Shown: positions 1 through 9,678 of the stretch, piece by piece
How positions within the stretch are numbered: position 1 is the stretch's first letter
How the letters are laid out: each line of letters opens with the position of its first letter
Assembly (NCBI GenBank): GCA_963827655.1
Contig: CAWHCF010000022.1
Coordinates: 32,001-96,000 of the forward strand
DNA: 64,000 bases
Origin: an uncultured Acidobacteriota bacterium
GTDB taxonomy: Bacteria > Acidobacteriota > UBA6911
Direction: 5' to 3'
Program-made: the position numbers and the translations under genes
Notes under the pieces: generated by a model
What the model was told of the DNA's origin: nothing
Databases searched by the model: none
What the model saw: the letters and a program-made list of their open reading frames with translations, nothing else

Positions 1-24
1 TCTAGCCGATAGCTTGTGTGAGGT

Positions 25-1473
25 TTGTTTTTGATTACATCCAGCGACAGAGCGGCAACTCGATCGACGGCAGAACTCGAGTTGTCGTCTGAAACGATGC
101 ACTCTCTGGTCGACCAGGCCATGGAGCGGATCGCGGCTTACATAGAATCACTCCCCTGGCAACCCGCCTCCGATGTAAGCGGGGCGAGGGAGCTGACCCA
201 GTCGTTGGTAGAAGAAGCTCCCAGGCGCGGCACTCCTTTCCCCGTTTTGCTCGACTTGCTTTTCGAGAAGGTATTTCCCAAAAGTTTCAATACCGCCGGG
301 CCTGGATATCTGGCTTACATTCCCGGCGGAGGAATCTTTCACTCCGCCGTGGCCGACCTGATCTCCGATTCTGTCAATCGCTACCCGGGGGTGTGGATCG
401 CGGCGCCCGGGGTGTCGCAACTGGAGGCCAATGTGGTTCGCTGGTTTTGCGACTTCGTGGGTTACCCGCGTGAAGCCCGCGGGATACTCACTACGGGAGG
501 CTCAATGGCGAACTTCACGGCCGTAGTTACGGCTCGTAGAACTCGCCTCCCGGCGAACTTCCTGACCGGAGTTCTGTACGGCTCGGATCAGGTGCACTAT
601 TCGATGGCGAAAGCAGCCGTGATGGCCGGTTTTCCTGAAGAGAACTTCCATGAGATTCCCTCGGACGAGCGATTTCGCGTCCGCACCGACCTTCTCGTCC
701 AGACTATCGATCGCGATCGCGACCGGGGTCTTTCACCTTTCATGATTGTAGGGAACGCCGGCACTGTAAACACGGGCGCCGTGGATGATCTCGAAGCTCT
801 GGCCGAGATCGCGGCCGAAAAGAATCTCTGGTTTCACGTTGACGCCGCCTACGGCGGCTTTTTCGTGCTCACGGAGCGCGGCCGGACCGCTCTGCGTGGT
901 ATGGAGCGCGCCGATTCCGTTACACTGGATCCCCACAAGGCCCTTTTCTTGCCCTACGGGACGGGCGCCCTTCTGGTCCGGGAGGGTGAATGTCTGAGGC
1001 AAGCCCACGCCGCCCATGCGCGTTACCTTCCCGCGATGCAGGATGATCCCGACCTGGTGGATTTTTGTCTCTATTCGCCGGAGCTATCCAGGGGGTTCCG
1101 CGGCTTGCGGGTCTGGCTCCCGTTCAAGATGCACGGCATAGAGCCTTTCCGCGAGAATCTTGATGAAAAACTGGATTTGATCCAGTGGGTGACGAGCGAA
1201 CTGCTCAAACTCCCTGAAATCGAGATTGTGGCCGCGCCCCAACTCACGATAGTCGCCTTCCGCCTGGTCCGTCCCGGGCTGAGCGAGGAGACGTTGAATG
1301 AGCTGAACCGCCGGCTTCTCCAGCATGTCAATGCGAAGAAGAGAGTTTATCTTTCAGGAACAACGCTGTTCAACCGATTCGTCTTGCGCGTCTGCGTCTT
1401 GTCCTTTCGAACTCACCTGGACCGGTTAGAGGCCGCTCTGGAAGATCTTCGAGAGTCGATCAAGGAAGTTTGA
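25..1473 (+). CDS. Group II PLP-dependent decarboxylase (aromatic L-amino acid/glutamate decarboxylase family)
   Basis: GILTTGGSMAN, WFHVDAAYGG and the PLP-lysine motif SVTLDPHK; exact start codon uncertain. Confidence 0.9.
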   Translation: MFLITSSDRAATRSTAELELSSETMHSLVDQAMERIAAYIESLPWQPASDVSGARELTQSLVEEAPRRGTPFPVLLDLLFEKVFPKSFNTAGPGYLAYIPGGGIFHSAVADLISDSVNRYPGVWIAAPGVSQLEANVVRWFCDFVGYPREARGILTTGGSMANFTAVVTARRTRLPANFLTGVLYGSDQVHYSMAKAAVMAGFPEENFHEIPSDERFRVRTDLLVQTIDRDRDRGLSPFMIVGNAGTVNTGAVDDLEALAEIAAEKNLWFHVDAAYGGFFVLTERGRTALRGMERADSVTLDPHKALFLPYGTGALLVREGECLRQAHAAHARYLPAMQDDPDLVDFCLYSPELSRGFRGLRVWLPFKMHGIEPFRENLDEKLDLIQWVTSELLKLPEIEIVAAPQLTIVAFRLVRPGLSEETLNELNRRLLQHVNAKKRVYLSGTTLFNRFVLRVCVLSFRTHLDRLEAALEDLRESIKEV

Positions 1474-1475
1474 AA

Positions 1476-1570
1476 CTTCTTTGCGTCCTTTTGCCTCTTA
1501 GCGGGGGCTTGTTTTCACGCGCTTACCGCTGAGACACGAAGCCGCAAAGAAACGCTAAGAGCACTTCGGC
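1476..1570. repeat. Degenerate REP/MITE-like inverted repeat, octamer (TCTTCGTG-type) family A
   Basis: ttctttgcgtcc...gagacacgaagccgcaaagaaacgctaagagcacttcgg; right half matches the 23570-23610 copy. Confidence 0.6.
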
Positions 1571-1734
1571 TGCATTGAGGAATGCGAGGCCGATCGGGTA
1601 AGATTCACCGAACCCTCCCAGTCGCCCGACGAAGAGAGCCAGTAATCCGTGGCCGGCAAAGTAGATGCGGCAGTTTAGAAATTGGCACGATCTTTGCGTT
1701 GGGTCTGTGCGGAGCGGTGTTCTTTTGCTGTTGA

Positions 1735-2619
1735 ATGAGAGGACGTGGAAAGTGTCAGTCTTTATTGAAATGGCAGAACCTCGGCCTGGGTGCTCCGGCG
1801 AGTTTTTCACTTCCGGTGTTTTGTTGCTTTCTGTTCTTGCTGAGCGGAGATCTCAGCGCTCAAGACCCGGCCGCGGGTCTGCAGACTCCGGCTTCCGCAA
1901 TTCCAGCCGTTGAAACATTTTCGTTCAGTCCATTTGCTCCCAAAGAGAAATTCCACCTTCACCTGAGTGGAGCATACGGACCCGTTGCCGCGAAGCGGTC
2001 CCATTTCGTAGCGGGCACCAACGGCAGGGGACAGCTTGGCACTCAAGACCCGGCGGCGGCCTCGCCGAATAACGGTCCCGCAGTTCCGGTAACTCAATCA
2101 TTTTCGTTCAGTCCGCTTACCCCGCAACAGAAATTCGACTATTACATCCGTAAAACTTATGGACCTATTGCCATAGGGCGGTCGCTTTTCCTCGCCGGCA
2201 TCAATCAATGGCGGGATGACCCGACGGAATGGGGTCAGGGAATGGAAGGCTACGGCCGCCGATTGGCGTCCAAATTCGCTCATCATTCGATCAGGCGGAC
2301 TATTCAATTTGGGGCTGGGGTATGGCTGCACGAAGACCCTCGCTACTTCCCTTCCCAGCGAAAGGGATTCTGGCCGAGAGCGTCTTACGCGGTGGCGCAC
2401 GGCTTCATCACGCGTAAAGACGACGGCGGAAGCCGCCTGGCTTATTCGCGTCTTATGGGTGTGTTTGGAGGAGCCCTCATTTCGAGAACTTGGCAGCCGG
2501 AAGAAAGCCGAACCGTCAAGAATGGTCTCACCAATGGAGCCATTTCGCTAGGCTGGGATGTCGCCAACAAGATCTTTGAGGAATTCTGGCCCGACATCCG
2601 GAAACGACTGCGACGCTAG
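1735..2619 (+). CDS. Hypothetical exported/membrane protein of Acidobacteria type with an internal partial duplication
   Basis: Signal-like N-terminus (LSAQD), motifs EWGQGMEGYGRR and LHEDPRYF; QDPAA...FSFSP...KF segment occurs twice; start uncertain. Confidence 0.65.
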   Translation: MRGRGKCQSLLKWQNLGLGAPASFSLPVFCCFLFLLSGDLSAQDPAAGLQTPASAIPAVETFSFSPFAPKEKFHLHLSGAYGPVAAKRSHFVAGTNGRGQLGTQDPAAASPNNGPAVPVTQSFSFSPLTPQQKFDYYIRKTYGPIAIGRSLFLAGINQWRDDPTEWGQGMEGYGRRLASKFAHHSIRRTIQFGAGVWLHEDPRYFPSQRKGFWPRASYAVAHGFITRKDDGGSRLAYSRLMGVFGGALISRTWQPEESRTVKNGLTNGAISLGWDVANKIFEEFWPDIRKRLRR

Positions 2620-2718
2620 CCGGTCTTCCAACCTGCGAATTGGCCAAACTTCGGGCCCGGCCCGTGAGGACCTTGCGGGCGAGCCTCCTGCCTGTATGCG
2701 ATCAATCGTTGTTTGCCG

Positions 2719-2786
2719 AATCGTCAATCGTCAATCGTCAATCGTCAATCGTCAATCGTCAATCGTCAATCGTAAATCGTCAATCG
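2719..2786. repeat. Heptamer tandem repeat (AATCGTC) x9 plus a partial unit
   Basis: Read directly; one unit is AATCGTA; the array ends in the palindrome GTCAATCGATTGAC. Confidence 0.95.
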
Positions 2787-2787
2787 A

Positions 2788-2817
2788 TTGACCACGTAGC
2801 ACCTTTGGGCCTAAGAT
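2788..2817 (+). promoter_or_regulatory. Putative sigma70 promoter of the mtn operon
   Basis: TTGACC-N18-TAAGAT, 30 nt upstream of the mtnB ATG. Confidence 0.45.
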
Positions 2818-2847
2818 ACCGCTTGCTCACTCCGGAGCTCACGGGCC

Positions 2848-3552
2848 ATGGTAAAACCAGAGGGAGAAAGAATACTTCAAACCGAGCCGATACCCGGGCG
2901 GGACGAGCTCATAGACTTCGCCCAGGCTGCGACACTCCTGGCTGAACTGGGGCGGACCCTGTACAACCGTGGCTGGGTTCTCGGGACGAGCGGAAACCTC
3001 AGCGTCGTGCTGACCCAGAATCCGCTGCGCCTGGCCATTACTCCCACCGGCGCCGATAAGGCGCTGCTTAGCGCCGATCAGATTGTGCAGATCGATACCG
3101 CCGGCAAGACCGTTGTGGGGTCCGCGCGCCCTTCCGACGAGGCGGGACTTCACCTGACCGTGGTGAGGGTTCTCGGGGCAAAGGCTGTGCTGCACACCCA
3201 TTCGATCTGGAGCACGATTCTTTCAGAAGCCTACGCTGCTGAAGGCGCCCTTATCATCGAGGGGTACGAAATGCTGAAGGGGCTGAACGGTGTGCGCAGC
3301 CATCATCACCGGGAGCGGCTCCCCATCCTCGAAAACTCTCAGGACGTTCCAGCCCTGGCCCGTTCTGTTGAAACCATCCTCCGGGACCACCCCACCACGC
3401 ACGGCTATCTTCTGCGCGGTCACGGCCTCTATACCTGGGGAGAGGATTTGGCCCAGGCCAAGCGCCATCTGGAAATCCTCGAGTTCCTGCTGGAAGTGGA
3501 GGGCCGGAGGTATTGCGCCGCGGCTCGGGTCTCCAAACCGCCCAGTTCATAG
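2848..3552 (+). CDS. mtnB: Methylthioribulose-1-phosphate dehydratase
   Basis: GWVLGTSGNLS, PSDEAGLH, LHTHS, EMLKG, LLRGHGLYTWG; next to mtnD and mtnC. Confidence 0.93.
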   Translation: MVKPEGERILQTEPIPGRDELIDFAQAATLLAELGRTLYNRGWVLGTSGNLSVVLTQNPLRLAITPTGADKALLSADQIVQIDTAGKTVVGSARPSDEAGLHLTVVRVLGAKAVLHTHSIWSTILSEAYAAEGALIIEGYEMLKGLNGVRSHHHRERLPILENSQDVPALARSVETILRDHPTTHGYLLRGHGLYTWGEDLAQAKRHLEILEFLLEVEGRRYCAAARVSKPPSS

Positions 3553-3576
3553 CGCCCTCATCAGGGAGGTAATGAG

Positions 3577-4135
3577 ATGGCCATTGTAAAGACCTTCACG
3601 AATGCCGGCACTCTCCGGGATCCTGCGGCTATCACGCGTCATCTGGAAGCGATCGGGATCGATTACGAGCGATGGGAACCCGCGCATCCGGTGGCTGCGG
3701 ACGCCCCGGCGGAAGAGATTCTGCGTGCTTATACTCCTGAAATAGAACGGCTCAAAGCACGCGGCGGCTATGTGACGGCCGACGTGATTGACGTGAATCC
3801 CGGAACGCCGAATCTGGACCAGATGCTCGCGAAGTTCAATCGAGAGCACTGGCATGACGATGACGAAGTGCGCTTCATCATTGACGGGCGAGGGTTGTTT
3901 CACATTCACACTCATAACCAGGTGATCGCCATCGAAGTTGAACCGGGCGATTTGATCCGAGTCCCTCGCGGGACCTGGCACTGGTTCGATCTTTGTGGGG
4001 ATCGCCGCATTCGAGCCATTCGCCTGTTCCAGGATCCCGGCGGGGTGGGCTCCCCGTTATACCGATAGCGGCGTCAATCAGAAATACCAGCCCGTGTGCT
4101 TCGGGCCGGCCTACATGCCGCCTCCGGCTCCATGA
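3577..4135 (+). CDS. mtnD: Acireductone dioxygenase (one frameshift near 4045)
   Basis: Cupin motifs [11 protein letters not shown] and VPRGTWHWF; the C-terminus ...[15 protein letters not shown] lies in another frame and ends at TGA 4133-4135, overlapping the mtnC ATG. Confidence 0.9.
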
Positions 4136-4872
4136 GGTCTGAGCCAACCTCCACAGACACCCAGGTCCGATCGATCCTCCTGGACATCGAAGGCACTACC
4201 ACGCCGGTTGATTTCGTCTACAAAGTCCTCTTTCCTTACGCTCGAATGCGGGTCGAGGATTTCGTCCGTCGCAACTGGCGTTCTGAGGCTCTCTCGTCCG
4301 ATATCACGCGACTCGCCGAGGAGCACAGCGCAGACCTGCGCCGGGACTGCCAGCCGCCTGCCTGGCGCGAGGATCGAAAGGCTGATTCGGTTGTTGCCTA
4401 CGTTCATTGGTTGATGGACCAGGATCGAAAATCGACTGGATTGAAATCGATCCAGGGAAAGATCTGGCAGGCGGGTTATGAAACAGGAGAGTTGCGCGGC
4501 GAAGTTTTCCCGGATGTGCCGTCCGCTTTTGTCCGCTGGCGCGACCGGAACCGAACCATCTGCATTTTCTCCTCGGGCAGCGTTCTGGCTCAAAGACTGC
4601 TTTTTTCAAGTTCGACGGAAGGCGATCTGACGCCCTTCATCTGGAAGTACTTCGATACCACGACCGGGCCCAAGGCCGAACCCGAGAGTTACCGGAAGAT
4701 CGCGCTTGCGTGCGCCCGGTCTGCGGAAGAGATGCTGTTTGTATCGGATGTCGTTTCGGAGCTGGACGCTGCCCGGTCGGCCGGCTTGGAGACCGCCCTT
4801 TGTGTTCGAGGCGAGTCGCCGCCGCCTGCCGGCCCTCATCGGACTATTCGAAGTTTCGACGAGATCGCCTAG
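4132..4872 (+). CDS. mtnC: Acireductone synthase (enolase-phosphatase E1)
   Basis: LLDIEGTTTP, DRKSTGLKSIQGKIW, FSSGSVLAQ, FVSD HAD motifs. Confidence 0.93.
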   Translation: MRSEPTSTDTQVRSILLDIEGTTTPVDFVYKVLFPYARMRVEDFVRRNWRSEALSSDITRLAEEHSADLRRDCQPPAWREDRKADSVVAYVHWLMDQDRKSTGLKSIQGKIWQAGYETGELRGEVFPDVPSAFVRWRDRNRTICIFSSGSVLAQRLLFSSSTEGDLTPFIWKYFDTTTGPKAEPESYRKIALACARSAEEMLFVSDVVSELDAARSAGLETALCVRGESPPPAGPHRTIRSFDEIA

Positions 4873-4878
4873 CACGGC

Positions 4879-4967
4879 AATTCGCAGGTGACAGGCTCCA
4901 AATTGCGTGATTAAGAGAGACCAAAGACTGGTGTTTGGCCACGCAATTTGGTGCCTGTCACCGAATT
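4879..4967. repeat. REP/MITE-like palindromic element, family B, copy 1
   Basis: GGTGACAGGCTCCAAATTGCGTG ... CACGCAATTTGGTGCCTGTCACC inverted arms between convergent genes; second copy at 37289. Confidence 0.85.
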
Positions 4968-4976
4968 TCGCGCGAT

Positions 4977-5648
4977 CTAGTGTTGTTTGACGAGACTCGA
5001 TTCAGACTCGAGCGGGACGACAAGCGGTCGATCGAGAACGATATTCAGGGTTGAACCAGGGCGAATCTCGAGATCGTGCCCGCGGGTAGCAAAGATCGTG
5101 GCAATTCCAATGACGGCGCCGACGCCGGTTCCTATTGCCGCGCCTTTGCCTCCTCCTGCCAGGGCGCCAATTCCGGCCCCGCCGGCTCCGGACTGAGCGA
5201 CACGTGCAGTATCTTTGCCCTTGGACCCATCCCCCTCGATGCTCCCCTCCGACTTGACGCTAACGTTCCCTTCCGCATCGATACTCACGAGAGAGGCTGC
5301 GAGCGGCAGTTCCCTTCTTCCCGGGATCCGTATGGAGTGAAACATGACGGTCATCATCGCCTTTCCGCGGAATCTACCGGGCCGGACGACGCGAGAGACA
5401 CTGGCGGTCACGACACTACCCTTGCGGAGGACCTCTCGATCTCCCTGGCTCAACGGGGCCGTCAGCGTGGCGGTGAAAGCATTCCCTTCACTGTTCTGCT
5501 TGGTGCTCAGATGATCGTTGAGATGCAGGGCAATTCGAGTTCCTTCCGGAAGCGTCACCTCGCCTGGCTTCTGAGCGATGGCCGGAGACCCGCTCAGGAG
5601 AAAGGCCAAGAGTGCGAGGGCGATAATCAATCTGGTAAACCGAATCAT
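4977..5648 (-). CDS. Exported TrbI/VirB10-like beta protein with glycine-zipper segment
   Basis: Signal peptide, VTLPEGTRI, GAGGAGIGALAGGGKGAAIG, TRGHDLEIRPGS. Confidence 0.7.
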   Translation of the reverse strand: MIRFTRLIIALALLAFLLSGSPAIAQKPGEVTLPEGTRIALHLNDHLSTKQNSEGNAFTATLTAPLSQGDREVLRKGSVVTASVSRVVRPGRFRGKAMMTVMFHSIRIPGRRELPLAASLVSIDAEGNVSVKSEGSIEGDGSKGKDTARVAQSGAGGAGIGALAGGGKGAAIGTGVGAVIGIATIFATRGHDLEIRPGSTLNIVLDRPLVVPLESESSLVKQH

Positions 5649-5896
5649 TGCGAACCCCGTCGGCGCTGCATTGTAACACCTTTTCGAGACACATCTAGCG
5701 CCAACGACTCCTAGATGCTTCCGGGGGTGCCGAAGGTTCATATCTTTTTATTTTCGCGACTTTAGCCTGGAGGGTGCTGATGGGAAAAGCAGAAGCCGAT
5801 GCGAAGACGCGATTTAGGCAAGGGGACGGGAGGCCGGGCAAAATAGAATTTGCGCGGTGTAATTCGATGGGTTATGATTTCGCGTTTCCGACCAGC

Positions 5897-5973
<77 letters not shown>

Positions 5974-6259
5974 TTAACTATCATCTTCCTAGTCTTTTAC
6001 ACAAACGCTTCAGACAGGTGTTCTGTCAATTCTGTCACCGGGACAGTTTTCAGGACAGTTCCGCGGGACACTTTCGCGCCGGAAGTCGCCCTAAGACGCC
6101 ATCAATTGTCTTGGGCTTCCTCGATCACGATGATCACGATTTACCCTTAGGGTTCGGCGGTCGTCGATGCTGGCGCCACCTTCGTGACGCCAGCTCGATT
6201 TGAAGCGCTGCTGCGTGTCGTCGCGTCGTAGCTCAGCTTGCTACCGACACGCCAATCCC

Positions 6260-8615
6260 TTACCTGAACTTGAACAACGCCACGTGATCGCTGCCGTCGT
6301 TCAACCGCACGATCAACCCACGGCACGTGCCCGCCCACGAATTCTCGGTCTTCCAAACGTAGGTGTAGGTGTCGGTCGCCGCGTCGTAGCTCAGACTGCT
6401 TCCGCCTGCCGTGACCGTCTCCTCGATGTCGCTCAAGGGCGCGCCGTCGCTGCACGCCATCTGCCCCGACACGGGGAAGCCCGCCGCGAAGATGTCCAAG
6501 CCCTTGTTCCCGCTCAGTGAGAATTTCACCGGGATGGCGCGGCCGGCGTTCACCACGTTGACCGCCGGCGGGTTGTCGACCGGCTGGAAGAAGCCGCTGA
6601 AGTTGAAGAGTGAAGGGACAAAAAACACATAAGCTGAGCCTTGATCGACGCCCGCTGCGCCATCATCAAACGGCGCGCCGACCACGACCGTCTCCCCTGA
6701 GATCGCCACCAAGAAGCCGAAACCGTCAAATGCCGCCGCGTCCGAGGCCTCCAGCTTCTGCTGCTGGCTCCAGACTCCGCCGCTACGCACAAAGACATAG
6801 GCCGAGCCTTGATCGTTGCCCGCTGCGCCATCATCACCGGTCGCGCCGACCACGACCGTCTCCCCTGAGATCGCCACCGATGACGCCGAAAAAGTCACCT
6901 TCCGCCGCGTCCGAGGCCTCCAGCTTCTGCTGCTGGCTCCAGACTCCGCCGCTACGCACAAAGACATAGGCCGAGCCTTGATCGAACGCCCGCTGCGCCA
7001 TCATCAAACGGCGCGCCGACCACGACCGTCTCCCCTGAGATCGCCACCGATTGGCCGAAAAAGTCACCTGCCGCCGCGTCCGAGGCCTCCAGCTTCTGCT
7101 GCTGGCTCCAGACTCCGCCGCTACGCACAAAGACATAGGCCGAGCCTTGATCGATGCCCGCTGCGCCATCATCACCGCTGCGCGCCGACCACGACCGTCT
7201 CCCCTGAGATCGCCACCGAGAAGCCGAAAAGGTCAACTGCCGCCGCGTCCGAGGCCTCCAGCTTCTGCTGCTGGCTCCAGACTCCGCCGCTACGCACAAA
7301 GACATAGGCCGAGCCTTGATCGATGCCCGCTGTGCCATCATCAACTGTCGCGCCGACCACGACCGTCTCCCCTGAGATCGCCACCGAGGTGCCGAATTGG
7401 TCAAATGCCGCCGCGTCCGAGGCCACGAGCTTCTGCTGCTGGCTCCAGACTCCGCCGCTACGCACAAAGACATAGGCCGAGCCTTGATTGACGGCCCGCT
7501 GCGCCATCATCAGCCAGCGCGCCGACCACGACCGTCTCCCCTGAGATCGCCACCGAGTGGCCGAAATCGTCACCTGCCGCCGCGTCCGAGGCCTCCAGCT
7601 TCTGCTGCTGGCTCCAGACTCCGCCGCTACGCACAAAGACATAGGCCGAGCCTTGAAAGATGCCCGCTGCGCCATCATCAGCGGGCGCGCCGACCACGAC
7701 CGTCTCCCCTGAGATCGCCACCGAGAAGCCGAAATCGTCACCTGCCGCCGCGTCCGAGGCCACGAGCTTCTGCTGCTGGGTGAAGGTCGGGTCGATCGTC
7801 ACCGGCCAGACGGCGTCGCGGTCGTCCACTTCCAGCCAGACCTCGCCCTCGCCCCCCTCCATCCTCACTGCCATTCGGGCCTCGAGCTCGCGCCCTCCAC
7901 CGTCCCTCACCACCAGGTGGTCGTACCGCAGCAGCCGCTGCCCCGCATCGTCTTTGAACTCCAGCGCCTGACCGCCCTCCACCGCCTCCGCTCGCAACTC
8001 GCCCTCCAGCGCGAGCGCCACGCGCAATGGCTCCTGACCGGTTTTCACTCCCGGAGGCGCCGGGAGGTCGAAGCCATGCTCGAGGCCTGCCGCCGTGTTG
8101 ACGTACCATTCGACGATTGGGGGTTGTGAGTTGGGGGTTGGGAACTGGTGGTGAATCTCAATTCGATTCCCGGCAGCCGTCAGTCTGGCGGCGCTCGCCG
8201 GCAGGATCTGCGCGCCGTAGCCGTAGCCGATGAGTTTCATCCGCGACTGCCATTGGCCCTGCGACTCTTGGCGCGGCGAGAGCCGCAACCCGTCCGGCGC
8301 GAAGTCCGCCCGCAGTTGTTGCGCGTGATTGTCCGCCCGGTAGGCTGCCGCCTGACCAACGCGTGCGGCGCCCGCCGGCAGCGGACGAATCCGGTAATGT
8401 TCAGCTTCCAGTTGTCGCCGGATGGTCTGGTAGATGCCGCGTTGTTTGAGATGCGCGAGCGCCGCCTCGCCCTGCAGAGTCGGCAGCGCCTCCGCCGAAC
8501 TGATCGGTGCGGCGCACAGCGTTTTTTGCCTCTGCGCATCGTGCCCCACGCTCCACAGCGCGAGGCCGAGGAGCAGACTCAGTGTGATTACAGTGATGAT
8601 AATTCGTCGTTGCAT
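6260..8615 (-). CDS. Secreted FG-GAP repeat (7-blade propeller) protein with C-terminal PxKF domain; several frameshifts in the repeats
   Basis: Shine-Dalgarno (SD) AAGGGAG then MQRRIII signal; seven QQQKL[EV]ASDAA..D.FG.SVAISGETVVVGA repeats; FSGFFQPV...AIPVKFSL...YVWKT C-terminus. Confidence 0.85.
6640..7780 (-). repeat. Seven near-identical ~168-nt tandem coding repeats (56 aa)
   Basis: ttctgctgctgg anchors at 6756, 6925, 7094, 7263, 7431, 7600 and 7768. Confidence 0.95.
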
Positions 8616-8849
8616 TATTTTCTCCCTTGGTTGGTTGTGGTTGTTGTTGTGATTGCCTGTCCCGGGACATACTTCGACCGAGCAGGCATAAAAAAGTCTT
8701 CCGGCTGCCATCAATAGCTCCGGATCGCCGAATGGATCCATGCCGTCACGGCCCACATCCCGATCGCGGTCAGCATCAGGTGCGGTAGTATGGGGGCCCT
8801 GTCAAACCGGGCGCGCGTCACGATAGCGGGGCTCAACGACCCGAGCTGC

Positions 8850-8995
8850 CGCCCGTCCGGTGTGCAGCAGCAGGGAGATGAGGGGGAAATCGACTCCAGC
8901 CGCGCGCGGAGGGCTTCCTGGGCACGCTTGCTCCGTAAAATCTTCGAGGTGGACCTCTTCTGTGTACCTGCGGAGCGCAGATGAAAATCGTCTCT
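8850..8995 (+). pseudogene. C-terminal remnant of an IS91-family (HUH) transposase
   Basis: RASWARLLRKIFEVD, then with one added base PLLCTCGAQMKIVS; matches the W-A-x-L-x-x-x-F-E-V-D-P-L-x-C..CG..M motif. Confidence 0.75.
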
Positions 8996-9082
8996 GCTGC
9001 CGAAATAATCTGCTATAGCTATAAGGGGAGAAAACAGCAGCAAAAGTGATCAACCCTGCAAGATTTTTTATATAATAGCCGC

Positions 9083-9653
9083 ATGGTGCTCGACTCGGCG
9101 CCGGATGCGATCGCCAGGCTAATGGCCGCCTTTCGAGCCGGGGACAGTCGCGCCGGCGGACAACTCATGGAACTGTTCTATCCTGAGCTGAAACGGCTTG
9201 CGGCCCGACACCTGAACAGGGAACGGCACGGGCATAGCTTGCAACCGACCTTGCTGGTCAACGAGTTATACCTGCAATTGATCAAAATCAAGGCCCTGCA
9301 GCCGCGGCCGGATCGCGATAGCAAGAACGAGAAGGCGGCGTTTTTCGCGCTCGCCGGACAAATCATGAAACGGCTGTTAATACACCACTCCCGGCGGATC
9401 TCCAGCAAGGCGCAGAAGATTCGCGTTGTGGGACGAAGCCCGCGTCGAGGAAGACTCCAGCATCCTGGAAGTCGAAGACCTGCTTTCCCGGCTGGAAGGC
9501 ATCAAACCGGCAATTCGCACCGTGGTCGAGATGAGAGTGTTCGAGGGCCTGACGGCGGAGGAGATCGCTCCGAAACTGGGATGCTCGGTGGTTACGGTGC
9601 ATCGTTACTGGCAGTTCGCGCGGCACTGGCTGCAGAAGGAATGGGAAAACTAG
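9083..9653 (+). CDS. ECF sigma factor of the kinase-associated TIGR02999/ECF43-like type (frameshift near 9420)
   Basis: YPELKRLAARHL..ER..HSLQPTLLVNELYL, MKRLLIHHSR; region 4 EMRVFEGLTAEEIA..LGCS..TV.R.W..AR.WL. Confidence 0.88.
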
Positions 9654-9678
9654 AGTCCGCGGGGCCGGAGTACGTTCC

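Noticed and set aside
2558-2945. ORFs containing SSIVNRQ repeats
   Set aside because: They are translations of the non-coding heptamer array.
6222-6243. GTCGTAGCTCAGCTTG resembles a tRNA 5' end
   Set aside because: No anticodon arm or T-arm follows; it is better explained as an echo of the PxKF coding sequence.
6640-7780. Regular repeat-variable pattern resembling a CRISPR array or DGR
   Set aside because: The period is 168 nt and in-frame coding. There are no cas or reverse-transcriptase genes and no separate template repeat.
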